From Candidatus Thorarchaeota archaeon (lineage in GTDB: Archaea > Asgardarchaeota > Thorarchaeia > Thorarchaeales > Thorarchaeaceae): DNA of 64,000 bases. A program made the translations under genes and the position numbers. Location of the stretch: assembly GCA_048884965.1 (NCBI GenBank), contig JBHLQH010000007.1, positions 64,001 to 128,000 of the forward strand, written 5' to 3'. The notes below the pieces were generated by a model. That model had not been told where the DNA came from. It ran no database searches and saw only the letters and a program-made list of their open reading frames with translations. Below are positions 20,413 to 28,574 of the stretch, one piece after another. Each line of letters starts with the position of its first letter. Position 1 is the first letter of the stretch.

Positions 20413-21441
20413 GTGTTGTCACTAAGGAATCTAATGGATTCAGTTTGTGAAGGTTACTTCTTGGTAACAGAAGAAGGCCTAATCTTTGAAATAAAGGGTA
20501 GTGTACATCCTGATGATCGATACATAGCATACCTAAGGTATGTGCCAGACAAGCGTGGAACAAGAAAATCCGACGCTGACAAGGGATACACAAAAATCTA
20601 CGACATTGAGAAACGAAGAATATTTCTCAGAAGGAATTTCCCGCAATACCTTTGGTTTGATCAATATAGCAATCGACAGATGCAAGCTGTGCCTCATGAG
20701 AAGATTGACTTTATTCTGAATCCAGTGGATGCCCTCAGACATATGCGTGATAAGGGTAAACATGTCCTTGACCTGGAAAAAAGCACGACTAGCTTGGTTG
20801 ATGCTCTATTGGATGTATCTAAAATTCAAGAATCATGCATTGGTGTGACTGGTTCTCAGCTTGTAGGACTTTCTGGTCCGACTTCTGATATCGATTTAGT
20901 GGTATATGGAGAGAAAAGTTGTAAGCAACTGTATCATTCATTGGAGAGAGATTGGGAATCGATCTCGGGACTGAGAAGGTATGAGAACCATCTCTTGGAA
21001 AAGCATGTAAGGTTCAGGTGGGGAACGGATAATCGCTCTTTTGCCTGGCTTCAAAAAAGGGAACAATCAAAACTCCTACAAGGATTGTATGAGAACTTTG
21101 AATTCTTCATAAGATTGGTCAAGTATCCACACGAAGTCGGATGGAAGTACGGTGAACGTACTCACTCTTTTATCAAAAAAGAAATCGTCGTTGAGGGAAT
21201 CATTACTGATGATTCACAAGGAATTTTTACGCCATGTGAATACACTATCTCTTGTGAAGAGCACCCGAGCTTGAAAAGAGTAATCAGCTTCAGAGGTCGC
21301 TTTACAGAACATGTAGACAAGGGAATGCTAGTTCGAGCACATGGAAGATTGGAATCTGTAAGCAGCGTGAAGGAAGGCATAACATCTCAATATCTTATTC
21401 TGGGGGAGAGCGCGAAAGACTTTCTTATTCCAGTTGAATGA
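20413..21441 (+). CDS. Predicted nucleotidyltransferase (pol beta superfamily) with C-terminal OB-like domain
   Basis: GVTGSQLVG...SDIDLVVYG motif. Confidence 0.7.
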   Translation: MLSLRNLMDSVCEGYFLVTEEGLIFEIKGSVHPDDRYIAYLRYVPDKRGTRKSDADKGYTKIYDIEKRRIFLRRNFPQYLWFDQYSNRQMQAVPHEKIDFILNPVDALRHMRDKGKHVLDLEKSTTSLVDALLDVSKIQESCIGVTGSQLVGLSGPTSDIDLVVYGEKSCKQLYHSLERDWESISGLRRYENHLLEKHVRFRWGTDNRSFAWLQKREQSKLLQGLYENFEFFIRLVKYPHEVGWKYGERTHSFIKKEIVVEGIITDDSQGIFTPCEYTISCEEHPSLKRVISFRGRFTEHVDKGMLVRAHGRLESVSSVKEGITSQYLILGESAKDFLIPVE

Positions 21442-21605
21442 TGTGATTCGATCTTGTTCACATGAGATACATATCAACACACATTCACAGTACAGATTGT
21501 GAATGGCGCCTTTTTTGTGAATGCCAATATCAAATAAGCGATGATAGCACTCTTTTTCTAATCAATCAGTTTTCATATACTCGCTATTGCTTGTGAATAA
21601 GGACA

Positions 21606-21625
21606 CCCCTTCGTTTCCACTGGAA
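21606..21625 (-). promoter_or_regulatory. Single origin recognition box (ORB)
   Basis: Reverse complement TTCCAGTGGAAACGAAGGGG matches the archaeal ORB consensus with G-string. Confidence 0.75.
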
Positions 21626-21916
21626 AGCAGTAACTAGGGTTTTGATGGGTTGAGGAATGTATTCACAATTACCATAGTTTAGTGAATATTGAAGTAAATG
21701 GACAAAACGCTTAAATCTTCAAAATAAGCATTCATAAGTCCGATAAACGACGGCAGCTTCCTCACATAGTCTCAACACAGAATATCCAGTACGGATGAGT
21801 CCGGAATAGCTATGTACGCAATATCTTCCACTTACTGGGATATGTGTGATTCACATACTCACACTTATTTGGATTGCAGAGGAATACTGCTGTGAATGGA
21901 TAATCTATTGGAATGA

Positions 21917-22552
21917 ATGATCATGTCTGAGAATGGAAGAACAAATTACCTGTACGGATTTACGTACAACTCATCTCCAAAGACCAAGGAGATTTTCCAA
22001 TGTAGATATGTTCTTCCTGATGAGGCTTTGAAACGTTTCAGAAAGATGCTTTCACTGGCCGAGTCACCTTTTGATTTTAAAATAATAGTTTCTGATGAGG
22101 TCACTGGCGAGGAATCAAGCTTTCAAGTTAAAGGTAGCAGCATTGAAGAAATGTTTGAGAAGTTCAAAGTCTTCCTTGAGGCAAGTACGGGTTATACATT
22201 TGCAACAAAAACTATGGATACTCCTGAACATGAAGTTGAGGACTCAAACTATGAGTCAATGAGTAACTATGAGAAACTCCAGATGATTATCTATGCATCA
22301 TTCAAACATGGAAAGTTCTCCTCTCTTGATGTGACAGAGATCTATCAAGATACATTTGAGGAAGACCTACCAAAAAGCACAGCCTCAACCTATCTTGCCA
22401 GAATGTGGAACGATGGAAAGGGACATCTTGAAAGACTTGGAAATCGCTCAGGGTATATGTATCGCCTCAAGACTGAGATTGAAGAAGTTCAAAAAGAAAT
22501 AGAACGTGCCGAGAACGTCCTTTCATCAATCCAAGTCAGAGTTGGCAAATGA
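21917..22552 (+). CDS. Protein with C-terminal winged-helix domain
   Basis: FSSLDVTEIYQDTFEEDLPKSTASTYLARM...ERLGNRSGYMYRL wHTH pattern. Confidence 0.6.
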   Translation: MIMSENGRTNYLYGFTYNSSPKTKEIFQCRYVLPDEALKRFRKMLSLAESPFDFKIIVSDEVTGEESSFQVKGSSIEEMFEKFKVFLEASTGYTFATKTMDTPEHEVEDSNYESMSNYEKLQMIIYASFKHGKFSSLDVTEIYQDTFEEDLPKSTASTYLARMWNDGKGHLERLGNRSGYMYRLKTEIEEVQKEIERAENVLSSIQVRVGK

Positions 22553-22576
22553 TCAGAGTTTCTCGGCAGATAGATC

Positions 22577-23905
22577 CTATAGTAGAGTCACACCTTCGTC
22601 AAGAGATATGCCAAGAGTTTCTAGCTCCTCTAGAATAGGATTATAGATTTCAGGGATAATTGGACGGTGTACACCTACAAGGTTGATTGTTCCATCAAGT
22701 ATCATCCTACTTGCAATAGCAACTGGAAGCGCCACAGTACGAGACATCGAACTATCTTCATGTGGAATACCATAGTCTACCAGAGTTGACGTGGTCTTTT
22801 CTTTTCTGTCAGGGTATTTTGCGATGAATTCATGATGCATAACAATCATATCACGCTCTCCAGGAGCATACTGGAGCTTCTCCTCGAATAAGTGACATAG
22901 TGCATCTAGATAAGTGGTGATATCCTTTGGAATTCCTCTCTCTGAGAAGAGGCCTAGCCATTCAAAACGGCCGATTATTGGACTACTTTGGTCGAGCCCA
23001 AGATGTGTGGCAACTGCCCTCATTATATCTTCATCACTGGATGAGATGAGATTTCGCAATATTTGTGCAAATGTCACACCGGTCAAATCACGTTCTTCAA
23101 TATCCAGTAGACCAAGCTCGGCTATCTTCTTCATCGTTCCACACCAACCTATGTTTCGGAACGTTCCACGAAGCATGGTCTTAGTTTCTTTGATGTTATA
23201 GATATCAATGTAAGAAAGACTATCACGATTTGGGTATCCCTCGAACTTGCCCATCCCTGGAACTTCCATAATCTCACAATTATCAAATAGAACGGCGCCA
23301 GGAATAGTGATCTGCTTTCCGTCTCTAAGAAATTGAGCGTCATTTCTGCCAGCTAAAAGAACTCCACGAGGGCTCCAAGATAGTTTGTAGCCAAAGGGAT
23401 TGTTGTTTGCATCAGGAGCAGGTAGTCCTCCTGTGAAAGATGTGAAACTAACAAGCTCGCCACCTTCATTATGGATGTGATCAATGATTTTCATGGCACT
23501 CATATGGTCAATGCCTGGATCAACACCACATTCATTCAAAATCAGAATTCCTGCCTCCTTTGCATCTTTGTCCAGAGCTTGCATTTCCTTCGAAATATAG
23601 GAAGTCGTACAGAAATGCTTCTTGTGTCTAATAGCTACCTTAGCAGCTTTAACATGAAAGGTGTAAGGAAGTAAAGAGCAAATGAGATCGACATTCTCTG
23701 TTAGCTCTTCGAGCAATTGGTCGTCTTTTGCTATATTGAAAGCTATCGCTTCAGCATTTTCGCAACCTTCGATAAGATGTTCGGCCTTCTGTTTTGTTCG
23801 ACTAGCCACTATGACATGGAAGCCGTGTTTGCATAGGTATTGGATGTAGGGACGAGCGACAAGACCCGCACCTAGACATAGCACTTTCTTCATTGTTGGT
23901 TTCAC
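22577..23905 (-). CDS. Saccharopine dehydrogenase (Lys9/SDH type)
   Basis: LGAGLVARP, SLLPY, GVDPGIDHM, FTGGLPAP, YKLSWSPRG, SSMSRTV. Confidence 0.9.
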   Translation of the reverse strand: MKPTMKKVLCLGAGLVARPYIQYLCKHGFHVIVASRTKQKAEHLIEGCENAEAIAFNIAKDDQLLEELTENVDLICSLLPYTFHVKAAKVAIRHKKHFCTTSYISKEMQALDKDAKEAGILILNECGVDPGIDHMSAMKIIDHIHNEGGELVSFTSFTGGLPAPDANNNPFGYKLSWSPRGVLLAGRNDAQFLRDGKQITIPGAVLFDNCEIMEVPGMGKFEGYPNRDSLSYIDIYNIKETKTMLRGTFRNIGWCGTMKKIAELGLLDIEERDLTGVTFAQILRNLISSSDEDIMRAVATHLGLDQSSPIIGRFEWLGLFSERGIPKDITTYLDALCHLFEEKLQYAPGERDMIVMHHEFIAKYPDRKEKTTSTLVDYGIPHEDSSMSRTVALPVAIASRMILDGTINLVGVHRPIIPEIYNPILEELETLGISLDEGVTLL

Positions 23906-25225
23906 CTACATAGATAGAAATTCTTGAAGATACTCGTAGCTCTTCGTAAGTTTTCCTTGGTATACAATTATGGCATCTAACAGTTCACGGGGCAGATTCA
24001 GATTCTCAAATGGCACTTCAAAATCGGCTTTGGCCAAGGATGGAATGAAGCTTCGTAATGTTTCGCTGAATGATGAAGATGCTTCTCTTGGTAGCTCGCA
24101 TGGGAGATTATCAACAGCCATTATCACTGGACCATCGCCTGTGACGCCTAGCTCTGCAGAGTCATGTTCGATAATATAGGTAAATGCTGGATTATCGGGC
24201 TTTGTACATTTTAGTGTGAATTCAATAGATCCCTCGATATCACAAGAGATATCGCCAATTGCACGAAGTCTGCGATTCTCACTACTCCAGTGACGTTTCA
24301 TGAAGTCTTTTGTTATTAGGCGTGGATACTTCTTCGTCCAATAGATACAGTTCATAATAATTGTGAGGTAAGGAATGTATCGCTCAAAGTCACTTTTGTA
24401 TTTCTTCGATCCATTAGCATAATAATCTTGCAAATCGAAAGTATGCTCAGTATCGATGGGCTTTACCATATGTTCTTCCTTGAATATGCATTTGTAGATT
24501 ACATTGTTCTTCGAAGGCAGATCATGAAGATGCTCTGGTTCAACTGTTTCATGAGGCAGAATATCAAAGAGTTCTTGAGCACCCTTTGAAACATTACCAT
24601 ATCCTGCAAAACCGACAACCAATGGAGATAGCTCATCAGGCAAGCCTTGAGAGCTAATTCGCTCTCCTAACGCTCGAATTTCCTCTTTCAGTTCCTCAAG
24701 AGTCTTTATCTCAAGTGTGGATCGCATCCCCTCAAATGGGTTTGGTGAAATGCCTTCATGTGTGAGCCTTTCACCAAAGACACGCAATGTGTCAGACATG
24801 CCCGCGAGACCGGCCCAATTTCCAAAGTAGATCAATCTGCGTCCCTTTTCATCGACTACTTTCTCATAGTCAATCAGAGTGGCACCAGTATCCATTATTC
24901 TTTTCAGCATAGGCATGTTATACTTCTGACCTTTGACGGTATGGCTGAAAAAGACGTAGACCTTTGAGGGCTCAAAGAAATCGATTGGCATCTCCTTGAT
25001 ACCTAGAACTACTTTTGCGTCACTTCCTTTGAGTGGAAAGACTTCTGCCTTCGATGGTTTATACTCATCTGGTGAAAAGGCGCGTTGATTGCTAGGCTCA
25101 ACAATGAACTTAATTCCGTGTTCCTGATTTAGAACAACAGCATGATCGGGTGTTATGGCAACACGAGTTTCAAAGGCTTTCTCCTCTTTGCGAAGTCCAA
25201 TTTTATTCATAGGGAGCTCCTCCAA
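23906..25225 (-). CDS. Lysine-ketoglutarate reductase (LKR domain of AASS)
   Basis: GIKEMP, FFSHTVKGQKYNM, LIDYEK, GNVSKGAQE, DISCD, VDNLPCELPREAS. Confidence 0.88.
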   Translation of the reverse strand: MEELPMNKIGLRKEEKAFETRVAITPDHAVVLNQEHGIKFIVEPSNQRAFSPDEYKPSKAEVFPLKGSDAKVVLGIKEMPIDFFEPSKVYVFFSHTVKGQKYNMPMLKRIMDTGATLIDYEKVVDEKGRRLIYFGNWAGLAGMSDTLRVFGERLTHEGISPNPFEGMRSTLEIKTLEELKEEIRALGERISSQGLPDELSPLVVGFAGYGNVSKGAQELFDILPHETVEPEHLHDLPSKNNVIYKCIFKEEHMVKPIDTEHTFDLQDYYANGSKKYKSDFERYIPYLTIIMNCIYWTKKYPRLITKDFMKRHWSSENRRLRAIGDISCDIEGSIEFTLKCTKPDNPAFTYIIEHDSAELGVTGDGPVIMAVDNLPCELPREASSSFSETLRSFIPSLAKADFEVPFENLNLPRELLDAIIVYQGKLTKSYEYLQEFLSM

Positions 25226-25339
25226 GACCTGTTCAGGGACGAGCCGAGAGCAAATCTACCTACGCTTTAAGCTTTCCATTGTGACCCTCTGTATTACACA
25301 TAGTAAAATTCGGAACATGTGTTCTACCATACGATTACT

Positions 25340-25636
25340 ATGTCGATAATTCTATACCTGTATGATTTTCGACAAGCTCGTCAATCCAATGCCAGACGGG
25401 TGTCATTCACCAAAGAGCTTTATGGGTTCACTTACAGCTGGAAAACGAAATCAGGAGTGAAGCAAAAAAGAAAACCAGGTATTCTAGAGGAATGCCCAGG
25501 TACAGAGGCAGTAGCAGATTCAGCAATTCTGGTCCCTGTGGATCACAAAGGAATATTTGACATGTTATTCAAAGAATACGAGGATATTATGAATCTTCGA
25601 ATCTTTGAGATTGAAAAAGAGATAGATGATATTTAG
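25340..25636 (+). CDS. Small origin-adjacent protein, possible Cas2/VapD-like ferredoxin fold
   Basis: ILYLYDF...RRVSFTKELYG...DSAILVP pattern; start ATG 25340; fold is inferred. Confidence 0.5.
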   Translation: MSIILYLYDFRQARQSNARRVSFTKELYGFTYSWKTKSGVKQKRKPGILEECPGTEAVADSAILVPVDHKGIFDMLFKEYEDIMNLRIFEIEKEIDDI

Positions 25637-25713
25637 AACACGTGTTCCAATTTGCACTTTCTAAATGCATAAAGTAGACAGAACTAAGACCACGTGTTCT
25701 AAAATATGACAAA

Positions 25714-25879
25714 CCCCTTCATTTCCACTGGAAGATCGGCAAAATCTTGTTTACTAAATTATGCAAAAGTATTTATATAGATTTATGAAGCCTGTCTTTA
25801 TCTCCATTTTTATTATTATTATAGATAGACGCCCGATCACACACCATTTTTCTAAGTTCCAGTGGAAATAATGGGGGGG
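25714..25879. other. oriC: Probable replication origin: inverted ORB pair flanking an AT-rich unwinding element
   Basis: CCCCTTCATTTCCACTGGAA at 25714-25733 and GTTCCAGTGGAAATAATGGGGGGG at 25856-25879, with an AT-rich tract between. Confidence 0.8.
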
Positions 25880-26039
25880 TATTATCACCTAGAACACGTG
25901 TTCCAACAGATACGTAACGTATGGCATGGTAATACAACTATTACTATTGGGATTAAGAATTTGTTACAACCACAAGACTGATAGTCTATATTATTGCTCG
26001 ACGAGCTTGTCAGATAATGGCGCTAAGGAGGATCTTCGC

Positions 26040-27929
26040 TTGACAAAACCAAAAGAACTGCTTGAAGATGCACCTGGCAAGAATGTACTTCTTCTTGCTA
26101 ATGAGGCAATAGCAAGAGGCGTTCTAGAAGCGGGTGTACGCCTAGTCGCACTCTATCCTGGAACCCCAAGTAGCGAGATTGGCAATAATCTTACTTTTAT
26201 GGCACCTGAGATTCCAAATTTCTATTTTGAATTTAGTACGAATGAGAAGGTTGCACTTGAAGTAGCTGGGGCGGCAGCAGTTGCTGGCGTTCGTTCAATG
26301 ATGGTATGCAAAGGTCCTGGATTGAATGTCGCAGCGGATCCTTTCTTCTCTTTGGCCTATGTAGGTGTGAGAGGAGGTATGGTTATCGTAGTTGCTGATG
26401 ATCCAAGTATGTGGAGCTCCCAGAACGAGAATGATAGTCGTTACTACGCACTCATGGGTAATATGCCAATGATGGAACCAGCAGATCCTGCAGAAGCCAA
26501 AGCTATGTTGCTGGAAGCATTCGAGTTCTCTGAAAAAATCGAGCTTCCTGTCCTCTTCAGAACTACGACAAGAGTAAACCATACAAGAGCTCCTGTAGAG
26601 TTTGGACCGATCAAAGAACGACCTGATAAAATAGTGTTCGAAAAGGACCCATTCAGATTCGTGCCTATCCCCTCAGTTGCTAGAAAACGTCATCCCTTGC
26701 TACTTGAGCAGATCGAAAAGGCGCGTGCTCTTTCTGAGAACAGTCCTCTCAATTTCACTGAAGGGAAAGGCGATATGGGTATCATCACGAGCGGTGTATC
26801 ATACAACTATGTCGTCGAAGCAGTAAATCACCTTGAAATGAATGCAGAGCTCCTCAAGCTAGGCATTACTCATCCTCTACCTGAAAAAATGATTATTGAC
26901 TTTCTTAATCGGCATAAACAGGTAGTCATTGTAGAGGAATTGGAACCCTTCCTCGAAACACATGCGAGACGGTTAGCACAGCTTCATGGAATCCAAGTCG
27001 AGATTCTTGGAAAGGAGCAAGGTTTCTTCTCAAAGACCCTCGAGTACAGTCCAAGAATTGTAGTTGAGGCATTGTGCAAGATTAATAATCGTAATACATG
27101 TATCAACTGGGATGAAATTGATGAACGCAAGAATAGCCTTCTAGAGCTTCCCCCGAGACCTCCTTTACTCTGCGCCGGATGTCCTCACAGAGCAAGCTAC
27201 TTCGCAATAAGAACGGCAACACGTGGAAAAGCAATCTATCCCTCTGATATTGGTTGTTACACATTGAGCATTGCTCCACCCCTTGAAACGGCAGACATCC
27301 TCTTCGATATGGGATCCTCGATTACTACTGCATGTGGCCTTGCTCAAGTCACTGACCAAGATGTTGTAGCATCAGTTGGTGATAGCACCTTCTTTGCATC
27401 CGCACTTCCAGGATTGGTAAATGCTGTATACAATAGACACCCCGTATCGCTTGTTGTACTAGACAATCGTACTACAGCTATGACTGGACATCAACCTCAC
27501 CCCGGTACAGGCATTACGGGAATGCAGGAGCAAGTACCACCACTGGATATCGAGGAAGTGTCCCGTGGACTTGGTGTCAAGTATGTAAAGACAATAAATC
27601 CATTTGATTCAATCGCAGGACTTGTGACCGAAGTTCGAGAGATGGTCAAGTGGGCCAAGGAGAACAAAGCACCGGCAGTACTAGTATCAAAAGCTCCATG
27701 TGCACTTCTTACTGCTGCTGATCGTCATCGAAGCGGTGACTTTCCTCCAAAATATTATGTTGATTCTGAAGTATGCAATGCATGCAAGCGTTGTCTGAAC
27801 AAGTTATCCTGTCCAGCTATGTATGAGGATCCAGATACTGGGAAAGCTGTGATTGATGAAACACTTTGTAATCTATGTGGTACTTGTGTTTCAGTTTGTC
27901 CCCAAGGTGCAATCAAACAGGAGGAATGA
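26040..27929 (+). CDS. iorA: Indolepyruvate:ferredoxin oxidoreductase alpha subunit
   Basis: YPGTPSSE, NEKVALE, LCAGCPHR, DIGCY, GDST, C-terminal ferredoxin; start TTG 26040 after GGAGGA. Confidence 0.93.
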   Translation: MTKPKELLEDAPGKNVLLLANEAIARGVLEAGVRLVALYPGTPSSEIGNNLTFMAPEIPNFYFEFSTNEKVALEVAGAAAVAGVRSMMVCKGPGLNVAADPFFSLAYVGVRGGMVIVVADDPSMWSSQNENDSRYYALMGNMPMMEPADPAEAKAMLLEAFEFSEKIELPVLFRTTTRVNHTRAPVEFGPIKERPDKIVFEKDPFRFVPIPSVARKRHPLLLEQIEKARALSENSPLNFTEGKGDMGIITSGVSYNYVVEAVNHLEMNAELLKLGITHPLPEKMIIDFLNRHKQVVIVEELEPFLETHARRLAQLHGIQVEILGKEQGFFSKTLEYSPRIVVEALCKINNRNTCINWDEIDERKNSLLELPPRPPLLCAGCPHRASYFAIRTATRGKAIYPSDIGCYTLSIAPPLETADILFDMGSSITTACGLAQVTDQDVVASVGDSTFFASALPGLVNAVYNRHPVSLVVLDNRTTAMTGHQPHPGTGITGMQEQVPPLDIEEVSRGLGVKYVKTINPFDSIAGLVTEVREMVKWAKENKAPAVLVSKAPCALLTAADRHRSGDFPPKYYVDSEVCNACKRCLNKLSCPAMYEDPDTGKAVIDETLCNLCGTCVSVCPQGAIKQEE

Positions 27930-27932
27930 GGA

Positions 27933-28550
27933 ATGGATAGTATTACAAATAATACAGACATCACTAACATCGTGATATCAGGTGTTGGAGGTCAGGGCGT
28001 TCTCACCCTTGCAGAGATCCTTGCTAAGGCAGCCCTAGCCGAGTCACTTAATGTACGCGTTGGCGAGATTCATGGTATGGCACAACGCGGGGGACATGTG
28101 GTGTGTACAGTACGAATCGGAGATGGCGTAAAAGGACCAATAATCGATGAAGGAGATGCGCAGCTGGTAGTAGGGTTTGAACCGATTGAAACCTTGAGAG
28201 AAGTGCAATTTATCCGGACCAATGGTATGATCATAATGAACAGCCATGTGCAATATCCAGTTGCTGTTTCAATGGGAAAGGCTGAATATCCAGAACATAG
28301 TGAAATTCTCGAAGGACTGAAGAAGTTCACCTCTAACATCGTCGAGTTCGATGCCAGAAAGTTTGCTATGCAAGCAGGCAGTAGTAGATCAATGAATATA
28401 GTTATGTTAGGGGCTATCATTGGCAGTGGACTAGTACCTATCAAGAAGGATACGGCAATAGAAGTCGTACGAAATGCATTTCCAGGAAAGTTCGCCGATG
28501 CAAACATCAAGGCATTCGAACTTGGATATGAAGCTGCGAAAGCCAACTAG
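27933..28550 (+). CDS. iorB: Indolepyruvate:ferredoxin oxidoreductase beta subunit
   Basis: GVGGQG, GEIHGMAQRGG. Confidence 0.93.
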   Translation: MDSITNNTDITNIVISGVGGQGVLTLAEILAKAALAESLNVRVGEIHGMAQRGGHVVCTVRIGDGVKGPIIDEGDAQLVVGFEPIETLREVQFIRTNGMIIMNSHVQYPVAVSMGKAEYPEHSEILEGLKKFTSNIVEFDARKFAMQAGSSRSMNIVMLGAIIGSGLVPIKKDTAIEVVRNAFPGKFADANIKAFELGYEAAKAN

Positions 28551-28574
28551 ATTGTATTACTACTATTACAGTAT

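Noticed and set aside
25636-25647. CACGTG core as a eukaryotic E-box/bHLH site
   Set aside because: No bHLH protein evident, and conservation extends well beyond the hexamer, so the match is likely coincidental
25926-26039. N-terminal extension of iorA (similarly acdA 33835-33948 and atpD 37146-37199)
   Set aside because: Family similarity starts at the downstream start codons; the iorA and acdA extensions run over repeat-containing intergenic DNA
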